A stretch of DNA of 64,000 nt from Candidatus Woesearchaeota archaeon (lineage in GTDB: Archaea; Nanobdellota; Nanobdellia; Woesearchaeales; GW2011-AR4): positions 54,543 to 118,542 of the forward strand of contig NZDH01000004.1 in assembly GCA_002688775.1 (NCBI GenBank), in the 5' to 3' direction. This document shows, piece after piece, positions 1-9,333 of the stretch; position 1 is the stretch's first letter, and the number at the start of each line of letters is the position of its first letter. The notes under the pieces were generated by a model. It ran no database searches and was not told the origin of the DNA. It saw nothing but the letters and a program-made list of their open reading frames with translations. Made by a program: the position numbers and the translations under genes.

Positions 1-607
1 AAAAATACTTGCTTCTGTGCTGAAACAAGACAAAGGAGAAATTACACATAAAGTAAAAGTCAGCTATAAGCCGCAATATCTTGAGCATTCTGATGCTTTG
101 GTTGTTGATGTCCTTAAAACTGCGTTCAATAAATATGAAAATCAAATAATAAATCCGTTGAATATTGCTCCGTTATCCTTGACTAAGTTAAATGAACTAA
201 GTGGGGGAGAGTTGCAGAGAGTTGCGATTGCCCATTGCCTGCAGCAGGATGCTAATCTGTATCTTCTTGACGAGCCATCTGCTTATCTTGATTCTGAGCA
301 GAGATTGATCTTGTCAAAAGTCATCAGGGATTTTGTAGAGCATAAAGGAGCATCTGCATTGATCGTTGACCACGATCTGCTGTTCATTGATTATATTTCC
401 GACAAATTGATTGTATTTGAAGGTAAGCCTGCTGTTTCCGGAAATGTTACCGGGCCTTTTGAAATGGAAGACGGCATGAATAAGTTCCTGAAAGAATTAA
501 ATATTACCTTGAGAAGAGATCCTGAATCAAATCGTCCTAGAGTTAATAAATTAGATTCTAGGTTAGATAGGGAACAGAAAGATAGCGGGAAGTATTATTA
601 TACTTAA
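1..607 (+). CDS. ABCE1/RLI-type ABC ATPase, C-terminal part (5' end lies outside the window)
   Basis: ABC signature LSGGELQRVAIA and Walker B LYLLDEPSAYLD. The C-terminal tail RPRVNKLDSRLDREQK is typical of ABCE1. The reading frame is open to the window start. Confidence 0.8.
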   Translation, partial: KILASVLKQDKGEITHKVKVSYKPQYLEHSDALVVDVLKTAFNKYENQIINPLNIAPLSLTKLNELSGGELQRVAIAHCLQQDANLYLLDEPSAYLDSEQRLILSKVIRDFVEHKGASALIVDHDLLFIDYISDKLIVFEGKPAVSGNVTGPFEMEDGMNKFLKELNITLRRDPESNRPRVNKLDSRLDREQKDSGKYYYT

Positions 608-1167
608 GCACTTCCTTTACTTTCACCAGCAACAACACCCTGAGCAATTAAATGCGCCAATCTTATTGGTTCTGGTAAAAAACTTCTTGTGCAGACAATT
701 TTCAGGATTTTTCTTGCTTTCTGTAAATCAATTCCTGTCAATTGAACAAAAATATCTCCTATTTTGGAAACTTCTCCTGCTTTTTCCAGCAGTTTTATTT
801 TTTCCTTCTTTTTTATCCTGATCAAAGTGCTTTTTATGTTTTTAATGTCTGGTTTTCTTCTAATTACTACTATTACTGGCAATTTTGTTTTTTTATTTAA
901 TTCCTGAACATCAATTATGTTAAAACCGCCGACTGCAATCCCGTCAAGGAAAATGCACTGTAATTGCGGCTTGAACTTGCATCTGTTTATCATTTTGATG
1001 ATGTTTTTTGTTGCATCACTCCCATCGACAGCTGCTTTTGTCGATAAGATGCCATCAATCCAGGAGCCGCCGCGCATAACAACACCAACAACAAGAATTT
1101 TTTTATCTTTAAATTTATTAAAAGGAGAATCATCAATTCCAATAACTCTTATTTCATCTTTTACCAT
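604..1167 (-). CDS. DUF99/UPF0215 family protein (archaeal)
   Basis: N-terminal IRVIGIDDSPF, then GGSWIDGIL and LPVIVV, a pattern I recall for archaeal DUF99 proteins. Its stop overlaps the stop of the upstream ABCE1 by 4 nt. Confidence 0.55.
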   Translation of the reverse strand: MVKDEIRVIGIDDSPFNKFKDKKILVVGVVMRGGSWIDGILSTKAAVDGSDATKNIIKMINRCKFKPQLQCIFLDGIAVGGFNIIDVQELNKKTKLPVIVVIRRKPDIKNIKSTLIRIKKKEKIKLLEKAGEVSKIGDIFVQLTGIDLQKARKILKIVCTRSFLPEPIRLAHLIAQGVVAGESKGSA

Positions 1168-2079
1168 TTACTCCCTAAATTCAATATCATCTATTATTCC
1201 GTCAGAATCCAAATCAATTCCTTCAACAACATTGGCCTTAATGTTCGGATTATGGACATTGCCGTTAGTTATTTTATCAAAATTCTTCAGGAAAGCTATT
1301 ATTGCAGCCCTTGTCCCTGAAAATCTTTTTCCTGCAACAACTAAGATTGACTTATCTTTATTAAATGGATTTTTTGTCTTGACTATCAAGCCGCATTCAT
1401 CCTGAGAATAGGTTTCATTTGAAATCGTTGACATTATTTTGCCGTGCTCAAACCTTATCGGCAGCTTGCCGTTTACTTTTTCCACTACTTTATTCACAAC
1501 TGGGCCTCCAAACAGGATTAGATTATTCTGCAGATCATCTTCTCTTACTTCTGTATCAAGCTTTACATTATATTTTGGAACGTAATTAAGGAATGTGCCT
1601 ATGAATAGAGCTAAATCCATGCCATAATAACCATCTCGGCTTCTCGCTTTATCCGGACCATGAGGATCTGGCGAACCGACAATGATCAAAGAATCCAGCT
1701 GGCCGTCATTGATGAAAGGCTCTAAATAAGTTGATTCATTCTTTATCTGGCCAATCTTGCTTGTTGTTTCAAAATCTTTGAACTTGATCACAAATGCAGG
1801 CTCTGTCAATGCATAGAAATTAGCTGTTGCGCCTTGCTTTGTTTCTTTCTTGACTACTTTTATGATTCCTGCTTTTTCCAGGTTCCTAATATGATAATAT
1901 ATTTTCTGTTCATGAACCTTTAGAGATTTAGCAATATCAATAGGATACATTGATTCTTTTGCCAGTAGATTCAGTATCTTATGCGCTAACGCAGAACTTA
2001 CAGTACCTGCATCTTCAGCACTTATTTCTTTTGCCGGCAATGAGTAAATTTCGTTCTTTTTCTTGTCTATTACGAACAT
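1168..2079 (-). CDS. ArsR-like winged-helix regulator fused to an uncharacterised C-terminal domain
   Basis: The N-terminal segment ILNLLAKESMYPIDIAKSLKVHEQKIYYHIRNLEKAGII is helix-turn-helix-like. I do not recognise the ~200-aa C-terminal domain. Confidence 0.5.
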   Translation of the reverse strand: MFVIDKKKNEIYSLPAKEISAEDAGTVSSALAHKILNLLAKESMYPIDIAKSLKVHEQKIYYHIRNLEKAGIIKVVKKETKQGATANFYALTEPAFVIKFKDFETTSKIGQIKNESTYLEPFINDGQLDSLIIVGSPDPHGPDKARSRDGYYGMDLALFIGTFLNYVPKYNVKLDTEVREDDLQNNLILFGGPVVNKVVEKVNGKLPIRFEHGKIMSTISNETYSQDECGLIVKTKNPFNKDKSILVVAGKRFSGTRAAIIAFLKNFDKITNGNVHNPNIKANVVEGIDLDSDGIIDDIEFRE

Positions 2080-2372
2080 AATATCCAGAAAGAGGAACTA
2101 CTATAAATATTTTTGTAATGGTGTTATAATTAAAATATTTATACTTTTTGGTCTAAAGAGTGATTTATGAGTAAAAATTGTTCAAAATTTAACATGGACA
2201 TTTAGTATTATAACTTTTTTTATAATACTATTACAAATTTATTAATAAGGTATATAAATAAGCTATGTTATACTATTCCATACATCTTTAGGACATCTCC
2301 AAGGTGCACCATTTCCTCTTTTGGTGCGCCGATTTTTTATTTAAAACAAAATCAAACTTAAAAACTAATAAA

Positions 2373-4205
2373 ATGTGTGGAATTGTTGGTGTTGTTTCAA
2401 GCAAAGAGGTTAATGAAAAGCTTTTCAAAGGCCTGACAAATTTAGAATATCGCGGCTATGATTCTGTTGGCATGTGTTTCATTCACAATAATAAATTTAA
2501 TGTTAAAAAAGGAGTTGGCAAGCTAGAAGAAGTACATAAAAAGGTTGATTTTCTAAACTCAAATGGGAATGTTGGAATAGGACATTGCAGGTGGAGCACC
2601 CATGGCGGAGTAACTGAAGATAATACACACCCTCATTTTGACTGCAGCAATAAAATTGGTGTTGTTCATAATGGAATTATTGAGAATTATTCTGAATTGA
2701 AAGAAGAATTAAAGAAAAAAGGCCATAAATTCAGTTCTGAAACTGACACTGAAGTCATTGCACATCTAATTGAAGAGAATCTTAAGGAAAATAAGATTGA
2801 AGAAGCTGTGAGATTATCGTTGAATAAGATAGAAGGCAGCTATGCTTTAGGAGTCTTATTTGCTGATGAGCCTGAAAAGCTGATTGGTGCAAGGAATGAG
2901 AGTCCTTTAATTCTTGGAATCGGAAACAATGAGAATTTTATCGCTTCTGATGTGCCGTCAATCCTGAGCTATACTAACAAGATCATATATCTTGAAGATA
3001 AGGAATTTGCAGTTCTTACAAAGGAGGGTCATAAAGTTTTTGGCTTGGATGGGAATGAAAGAAAACAAAAAGTGCACACTATAAACTGGAGTGCAGAAGC
3101 TGCGCAGAAAGGAGGATACAAACATTTCATGCTTAAGGAAATATATGAGCAGCCAAGCGCGATTACAGATACACTGAATGGAAGATTAATGGACGGCAAT
3201 GTTGCATTTGAAGATGAATTCAGTCTAAGTGATGATTTCCTGAAAAAAATAGACAGGATTGTCATTGTTGCCTGCGGCACTTCATGGCACTCAGCCCTAG
3301 TGGGAGAATTCATGTTTGAAGAGCTGGCAAAAATACCGACTGAAGTGGAATATGCCTCTGAATTCAGGTACAGGCATCCGATATTAAGCAAGAACACACT
3401 AGTTATTGCAGTTTCCCAATCAGGGGAGACAGCTGATACAAATTCTGCTTTGAAAGAAGCAAAAAAATACGGAGTAAAAACCTTATCGATATGCAATGTT
3501 TTTGGCAGTTCAATGACCAGGATATCTGATGGTGTAATCTATACCAGAGCCGGACCTGAAATTGGAGTTGCATCAACAAAGGCATTCACGACACAATTGA
3601 CCGTGCTGTATTTATTGACAATTATGCTATCAAAAATAAGAAAAGCATTAAACGAAGATCAAATCAAAAGCATGATAGAAGGAATAAGAAGAATTCCTTT
3701 GCAATTGCAGTCTGTTTTAGATGAAGATAAAGAAATCTTGAAATGCGCTGAGCTTTATCATAAAAATCTCAACTCCCTCTATCTGGGAAGGGGAATTAAT
3801 TTCCCTATTGCGCTTGAAGGTGCCTTGAAATTAAAAGAAGTCAGCTATATCCATGCAGAGGGCTATCCTGCTGCTGAGATGAAGCACGGCCCTATAGCGC
3901 TTATTGACAAAAATATGCCTGTTGTTTTTGTAGCTCCTCATGATGCATACACCCACAAAAAGATTTTAGGCAACATTGAAGAAGTAAAGGCCAGAGGCGG
4001 AATTATAATCTCCATAGTCACTAGTGATGAAAAAGAGATACAAAAGATATCAGATCATACTATATTCATACCGAAAACTTTGTATAGTTTAAGTTCTATA
4101 CTCTCAATTGTTCCGCTGCAACTATTGGCTTATCACATTTCTGTTTTAAGAGGATTGGATGTTGATCGGCCTAGAAATTTAGCAAAAAGTTGTACTGTCG
4201 AATAA
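2373..4205 (+). CDS. glmS: glutamine--fructose-6-phosphate aminotransferase (GlmS)
   Basis: The protein starts MCGIVG, giving the Ntn-hydrolase Cys2 nucleophile. Two SIS domains follow, and the C-terminus RPRNLAKSCTVE matches GlmS. The track ORF begins 69 nt upstream, but the start must be the MCGIVG Met. Confidence 0.9.
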   Translation: MCGIVGVVSSKEVNEKLFKGLTNLEYRGYDSVGMCFIHNNKFNVKKGVGKLEEVHKKVDFLNSNGNVGIGHCRWSTHGGVTEDNTHPHFDCSNKIGVVHNGIIENYSELKEELKKKGHKFSSETDTEVIAHLIEENLKENKIEEAVRLSLNKIEGSYALGVLFADEPEKLIGARNESPLILGIGNNENFIASDVPSILSYTNKIIYLEDKEFAVLTKEGHKVFGLDGNERKQKVHTINWSAEAAQKGGYKHFMLKEIYEQPSAITDTLNGRLMDGNVAFEDEFSLSDDFLKKIDRIVIVACGTSWHSALVGEFMFEELAKIPTEVEYASEFRYRHPILSKNTLVIAVSQSGETADTNSALKEAKKYGVKTLSICNVFGSSMTRISDGVIYTRAGPEIGVASTKAFTTQLTVLYLLTIMLSKIRKALNEDQIKSMIEGIRRIPLQLQSVLDEDKEILKCAELYHKNLNSLYLGRGINFPIALEGALKLKEVSYIHAEGYPAAEMKHGPIALIDKNMPVVFVAPHDAYTHKKILGNIEEVKARGGIIISIVTSDEKEIQKISDHTIFIPKTLYSLSSILSIVPLQLLAYHISVLRGLDVDRPRNLAKSCTVE

Positions 4206-4279
4206 ACCACTATTTCTTATTATTTGTGTAACAGTAGAAAGATTTAAATATTTATTTGTATTCCACTAAATAGATTATT

Positions 4280-5746
4280 ATGAATACAACAAAATTCAAA
4301 TCCACAGTTACAAAAGGAAATAATAGAGGCGCTGGTTTTATTCGCATTCCTTTACAGCTTAGAGATAATTTTTCAATTGGAGATCAATACAAAGTAAGTA
4401 TAGTTTCAAAAATAGAATATTATTCAAAAATAAGAGATTATCGTGGTAAAGGCATATTTGTTCCTACTCAAATTAATATAAAAAATAAATTGTATAAAAA
4501 GGAAGTTAAAGTTAAATTAAAGAAAATTGATGGATTTTATACAAAAGTTGGATCAGAAGGTAGAATCTATATACCTAACTCCTATAATCTTAAAAGAAGT
4601 GATATCATTTCAATAAGTGCTACAATCAAGGGAAAGGAAATAATAAAATATCCAAAAATTTATTTAAGAGAAAAAGGTACTTCAAAAGAATTTATCTTTT
4701 ATTTGAATCCAATTCTTCATAATGAGGAAGTCATTATTAAAGTAAATGAAATTTTTCCAAAGAATAAACTTACTCACTCAAATAAATTATTTAATTTGTT
4801 ATTAAAAGATTTTGATTTTGCAGAAATAGATAAGAACAAAATAATTATATTTTATGGGAATAGAGTTCCTATTATTATAAATAATAATATGGATATTAGT
4901 AATTTAGCTTATTATCTTGGATGTTATTTCGCAGATGGAACTAAAAAAGGAAATCATTGGGGTATTTGTGCTTCGACTTTTGAACTAGCAAATTATTTTA
5001 TTAAAAATCATAATAAAATTATATCCGATTCAAATATTATTTTCTCTTTAACATGTACTAAATATCATTTTGATAACATTGAAAAATTAAGAGATGACTT
5101 AATAAATATTTGGTCAAATAATATTAATTCTAATATTAAAATTCGAAGAGTAAGGATAATTAAAACTCATGCAAAACATTCTCCTAATAGAGGCCCATAT
5201 GGTACTTTATCAATGAATGAACCTCGACAGCTTACTCAGATATATTACAATCGGTTGCTTAAATACTTATTCGATAAGACTATGAAAGAATCAAATAAAG
5301 AATTAGCAACTGATTTTATTTGTGGTACTATGGAAGGTGACGGTTGCGTCAATTCAAAAACACATAGCCATATTTTGATATCTACAAATGCAGAAGAGAT
5401 TAAAATTCTAAAAAAGATATGTGATAATAGTTATCTCAAATCAGGAATACGAGCTTGGGAGGGTAGTAAGAATAGAGTTGATTTATTAATTGGCTCTTTA
5501 GAAATAATCAAAAATATTTCCATATTAAAAGATAAGTTATTTAAATATTACCCAAAAAGAAGAAAGATATTAAAAGAGAGGCTGGCAAATACTGGATGTT
5601 CAAGATTTTTATTAGGAAAAACTAAAAAAACTTCAAATTGGCTTATAGGCCAGTTAAATAATTATGGAATATTAGATGGAAAAGGGAATTTAACCAAGTT
5701 TGGAACTAAAATAAAAAAAGATTTAAAGAGCTTCCTAAGTGACTGA
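4280..5746 (+). CDS. free-standing double-motif LAGLIDADG homing-endonuclease-like protein with ~200-aa N-terminal extension
   Basis: Two LAGLIDADG-like motifs, LAYYLGCYFADGTKKG and FICGTMEGDGCVNSK, lie about 125 aa apart. The protein is extremely N/K/I-rich. The N-terminal GFIRIPLQLRDNFSIGDQYKV might be an AbrB-like swapped hairpin, which is a weak call. Confidence 0.55.
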   Translation: MNTTKFKSTVTKGNNRGAGFIRIPLQLRDNFSIGDQYKVSIVSKIEYYSKIRDYRGKGIFVPTQINIKNKLYKKEVKVKLKKIDGFYTKVGSEGRIYIPNSYNLKRSDIISISATIKGKEIIKYPKIYLREKGTSKEFIFYLNPILHNEEVIIKVNEIFPKNKLTHSNKLFNLLLKDFDFAEIDKNKIIIFYGNRVPIIINNNMDISNLAYYLGCYFADGTKKGNHWGICASTFELANYFIKNHNKIISDSNIIFSLTCTKYHFDNIEKLRDDLINIWSNNINSNIKIRRVRIIKTHAKHSPNRGPYGTLSMNEPRQLTQIYYNRLLKYLFDKTMKESNKELATDFICGTMEGDGCVNSKTHSHILISTNAEEIKILKKICDNSYLKSGIRAWEGSKNRVDLLIGSLEIIKNISILKDKLFKYYPKRRKILKERLANTGCSRFLLGKTKKTSNWLIGQLNNYGILDGKGNLTKFGTKIKKDLKSFLSD

Positions 5747-5748
5747 AA

Positions 5749-6222
5749 ATGCAAATAAGAAAAGCAAGCGCAAATGATGCAAAAGGAATCGCTAATGTCC
5801 TGGTCCAGAGTTATAATATCAAGGATATAGAAGAGGGAATGCAGGTTTTTGAAAATGAGACTGCAAAATTCCACCAATATATTGTTGCTGAAGAAGATGA
5901 TAAAATAATTGGAATTATAACTTGGATTGTGCATGGACTGCCTAAACATCAATTATGCGAGCTTGATAGGATTGCTGTACTGCCTGAATTTAGGGGAAAA
6001 GGTGTTTCTAAAGAATTATTTAATGCATTGGTAGAAAATGCCAAAATATTTTATGAAAGACATAATTCCAAACTAAGAAAATTATATTTGTTAACACACG
6101 ATGATAATGCAAGAGCGCATAAATTCTATGAAAAGCTAGGGTTTAAGCATGAAACAACTTTAAAGCAGCATTATTACAAGGATAAGGACGAGTTTGTTTT
6201 TAGTATGTTTTTTATTGATTAA
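5749..6222 (+). CDS. GNAT family N-acetyltransferase
   Basis: The acetyl-CoA-binding segment RIAVLPEFRGKGVSKELF is GNAT-like, and the size fits a GNAT fold. Confidence 0.7.
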   Translation: MQIRKASANDAKGIANVLVQSYNIKDIEEGMQVFENETAKFHQYIVAEEDDKIIGIITWIVHGLPKHQLCELDRIAVLPEFRGKGVSKELFNALVENAKIFYERHNSKLRKLYLLTHDDNARAHKFYEKLGFKHETTLKQHYYKDKDEFVFSMFFID

Positions 6223-6851
6223 CTCATCAAATTCATAAACTCTTCTTTTGTATTGCACTTAAAGTAAGGATTATTCTTTTTTTCATCTCCAATTGTTGAA
6301 GATGGTGTTGAGCCGTAATCGTGGCCGGGGTAAATTTCTATATTATCATCTAATTTTTTGAGTTTTTGCAGACTTTCAAATAATTGAATTGGGTTGCCGC
6401 CAGGCAAGTCTGTCCTGCCGATAGCGCTGACAAATAAGGTATCGCCTGTGATCAATTTGTTTTCAAAAAGAAGGCAGATTGCACCAATTGTATGGCCCGG
6501 TGTGTGGATAATCTTTATTTTTATGTTTCCGACTTTGATTTCTTCATTATCTTTCAATTTTATGAATTTGATTTCGTTTTTTATTGATCTTTTGATTTCA
6601 TCTATTTCCAGTTCATGAAAATAAATTTCTGCTTTTGTTTTATCTGCCAATTCACTGACTTTTTGCACATGATCATAATGGGAATGCGTCAATATTATCT
6701 TTTTTATCTGTAATTTTTCATTGTTTGCAGTTTCTATCAGCTTATCAATATCCCATCCTGCATCTACAATGGCAGCTTCTTTGCTGGCTTCATCTCCAAT
6801 CAAGTAGATGAAGTTCTGCATCGGCCCTACTGGTATTTGCTTGAAGAACAT
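6219..6851 (-). CDS. MBL-fold metallo-hydrolase (glyoxalase II-like)
   Basis: HSHYDH is the HxHxDH zinc motif, and a downstream HTPGHT follows. Confidence 0.75.
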   Translation of the reverse strand: MFFKQIPVGPMQNFIYLIGDEASKEAAIVDAGWDIDKLIETANNEKLQIKKIILTHSHYDHVQKVSELADKTKAEIYFHELEIDEIKRSIKNEIKFIKLKDNEEIKVGNIKIKIIHTPGHTIGAICLLFENKLITGDTLFVSAIGRTDLPGGNPIQLFESLQKLKKLDDNIEIYPGHDYGSTPSSTIGDEKKNNPYFKCNTKEEFMNLMS

Positions 6852-6900
6852 TGTATTAAATAATTTAGAATAATTTATAAATGTTGTTTATTTTTGAAGA

Positions 6901-7425
6901 TTGAATAAGAAAATGCAGAAGTATTCTAAAACCACAATTGAAAGTTATGACAAAACTGTTGATGATTATGCAGATATGGTTAGGACTTTATCCCCGTCTA
7001 AAGAATCTAAGATTTTTCTTTCGTTAATTGGCAGAAATTCCTCAATATTGGATCTTGGTTGCGGGCCTGGAAGAGACTCCAAAATATTTGCTGACAAAGG
7101 GTACAAAGTAGTTGGGATTGATTTATCAAGAAGGATGATAAAATCTGCTAAAAAATTTGTTAAGAATGCGGATTTTAAAGTTATTGATATGATGAATCTT
7201 AATTTAAAGACCAATTCATTTGATGGGATATGGGCTAACGCAGCTCTTCTCCATTTAAGAAAAAGAGATTTTCCTAAAGCACTTAAAGGGGTATACAGGA
7301 TTTTAAAGAAAGATGGGATTTTCTATTTAAGTCTTAAGCAAGGGAAGGGTGAGGGAATTGTATCGGACCACAGATACGGAGGGATTAAGAAATTCTGGTC
7401 ATTTTTTCAGAAAAATGAAATATAA
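6901..7425 (+). CDS. class I SAM-dependent methyltransferase
   Basis: ILDLGCGPGRDS is the glycine-rich motif I, and the acidic motif VVGIDLS follows. Confidence 0.75.
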   Translation: MNKKMQKYSKTTIESYDKTVDDYADMVRTLSPSKESKIFLSLIGRNSSILDLGCGPGRDSKIFADKGYKVVGIDLSRRMIKSAKKFVKNADFKVIDMMNLNLKTNSFDGIWANAALLHLRKRDFPKALKGVYRILKKDGIFYLSLKQGKGEGIVSDHRYGGIKKFWSFFQKNEI

Positions 7426-7535
7426 AAAATATTGGGAAAAAATAGGTTTAGAGTCATCAAAAGTTATGTTAAAAAAGATAAAAATGCTTATTATACCCAT
7501 CCATGGATAAGTGTATTCTGCAAAAAACAATGAAA

Positions 7536-8288
7536 TTATGTAACTTTTCTTGCAAAACTTAAAAATCCAGAATGAATTAAGCCACTACTTTTCGGCCTTA
7601 CTTTTCTGTCTTCAACTTCCCATTCTCTCTGTGTTATTTCAATTGTTTTAAGATAAACAAAATTTTCATTTTTCCTTAAAGTGTTGACAAAATCAGCAAT
7701 TTGAGGTATTGTTGGGCTGTAAGAAACTAAAAATCCTCCTGGTTTTAGCGCTTTTGAGCAACTTTCTAATGCTTTCCATGGTTCAGGCAGATCTAATGTT
7801 ATGACATCTATGTTTTTTTCATCACATTCTTCATAAATATTTTTATTTTCAATCTTTAAATTATTTAAATTCAATAATTCTATATTTTGTTTCACTATTT
7901 CAATAAAATCTTCCCTTATTTCATATGTTATGACTTCTTTTGCAATCTTTGCAAGAAAACAAGCTAAAGCTCCACTTCCAGAACCAGCATCAAGAACTAG
8001 GCTTCCCTTGTTAATGCCTGTTTCTGAAATGATTATCCCAATATCCTTTAATGGTATAATTTGAGCGTCTCTTTTTATTTTTCTATAGACATCTATGAAA
8101 GACGGATCAAATATATGGAATTCTTCATTAGTGTTTGATTTGAGCAAATCACCTTGTTTTGCATTTTTTAGCTCTTCTTTTGATACAAACCCATATTGAG
8201 TATGTAAATCCTGCCCAAGATCTTTGGCATAGAACTTCCTGCCTTGCTTTGTGATAAGTATTTTTTTGATTAGAGCCATAAATAACAA
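7536..8288 (-). CDS. trmI: tRNA (adenine-N1)-methyltransferase TrmI/Gcd14-like
   Basis: VLDAGSGSGALACFLA followed by YEIREDF matches TrmI family members. Confidence 0.7.
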   Translation of the reverse strand: MLFMALIKKILITKQGRKFYAKDLGQDLHTQYGFVSKEELKNAKQGDLLKSNTNEEFHIFDPSFIDVYRKIKRDAQIIPLKDIGIIISETGINKGSLVLDAGSGSGALACFLAKIAKEVITYEIREDFIEIVKQNIELLNLNNLKIENKNIYEECDEKNIDVITLDLPEPWKALESCSKALKPGGFLVSYSPTIPQIADFVNTLRKNENFVYLKTIEITQREWEVEDRKVRPKSSGLIHSGFLSFARKVT

Positions 8289-8322
8289 AGAAAAAGAAGT
8301 CTTATAAAAATTTAATTAAAGC

Positions 8323-8568
8323 TTACTTCCTGCCTTTCTTAGCTGGTGCTGGTGCACTGCAATGTCCACATGTAGGCTTTGCTAATTTAAGAAGACCTTT
8401 TAGCACTAACAAAGCACCGATCACTACCCAAATATCCCATTGGGTGTAGAGTCTTACCAGAATTAATATTGCACCTATAACTATGAACTTTGCGCCCCAG
8501 CACTTGCTGCAGACACCATCATGACATACTTCGCCCATATTAGACACCTCCTTTGAGTCTATATGCAC
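8323..8568 (-). CDS. small membrane protein with paired Cys motifs
   Basis: A 2-TM hairpin is flanked by CHDGVCSKC and CGHCS. Confidence 0.4.
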   Translation of the reverse strand: MHIDSKEVSNMGEVCHDGVCSKCWGAKFIVIGAILILVRLYTQWDIWVVIGALLVLKGLLKLAKPTCGHCSAPAPAKKGRK

Positions 8569-8813
8569 TTATTGGAATTAGCACTATATAAAGCTTTCTA
8601 TTTGAGTTTTACTGATAAAATAGAAACATTTAAAAATAATGAACATAAGTTCTTAATAAAAGTGTAGATTATTGTAAATAATGAACTAAAATATTATAAT
8701 AATAAACTATAATATTAAAAAAATGATTATGTATATGGTTAAAACAAATAGTATATAGTAATTAATGAATATGTATTGGAAAATAATGTATGAATATTAA
8801 TAAAAAATAAACA

Positions 8814-9332
8814 ATGCTATCATTATCGGATAATGAGTTCAGTGTACTTAGCTTTCTGGTTAGAAATTTCACTGAAAGGCTTACAATAAGGAGCATCGCC
8901 CAAAGGCTTGGTTTTAGTGCAGCTGGTGTCTTCAATATTCTAAAGAAACTTGAAAAACGGAATATTGTTGTTGGGCAAAAGCTTGGGACAGGATTGTTTT
9001 ATTCTGTCAATTTTGAAAACAAGATAGGCAAGCATCTGGCTGCGATTGTCCTATTATATTCTGATGAGAAAATAACTTTTGATGTTGAGCAAATAAAACA
9101 GGCAAAGGCTGCTATTTTTGATAAAAAAAGTCTGCTTCTTATTACTGATAATGTAACTGAGATTAGTGTTTCTATACCAGATGTAAATGTCATTGTAAAA
9201 ACAGAGGATGAAATTTCTGATTTATTTAAGAAAAAAGATCAGGAAACCCTTCAATTACTGAAAAAAGGATCTGTCTTGTTTGGAGAAGATAAATTTGTCG
9301 AAATAATTAAAAAATGCAGTTCAGGATTTTAA
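8814..9332 (+). CDS. winged-helix DNA-binding protein, translationally coupled to the giant protein downstream
   Basis: The N-terminal IRSIAQRLGFSAAGVFNILKKLEKRNIV is wHTH-like. The TAA stop is at 9330-9332 and the next ATG is at 9334. Confidence 0.5.
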   Translation: MLSLSDNEFSVLSFLVRNFTERLTIRSIAQRLGFSAAGVFNILKKLEKRNIVVGQKLGTGLFYSVNFENKIGKHLAAIVLLYSDEKITFDVEQIKQAKAAIFDKKSLLLITDNVTEISVSIPDVNVIVKTEDEISDLFKKKDQETLQLLKKGSVLFGEDKFVEIIKKCSSGF

Positions 9333-9333
9333 C

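Noticed and set aside
917-1405. Track ORF antisense to the DUF99 gene and the HTH gene
   Set aside because: It lies entirely inside better-supported genes on the other strand. Its composition is low-complexity and hydrophobic, typical of antisense translation of AT-rich coding DNA.
3029-3585. Two minus-strand ORFs inside glmS
   Set aside because: They are embedded antisense in a highly conserved gene with no motif support.
8569-8813. 245-bp extremely AT-rich spacer with AATAATGAAC repeats as a possible origin
   Set aside because: There is no adjacent initiator gene, and the repeats are short and degenerate. A divergent promoter region explains it more simply.
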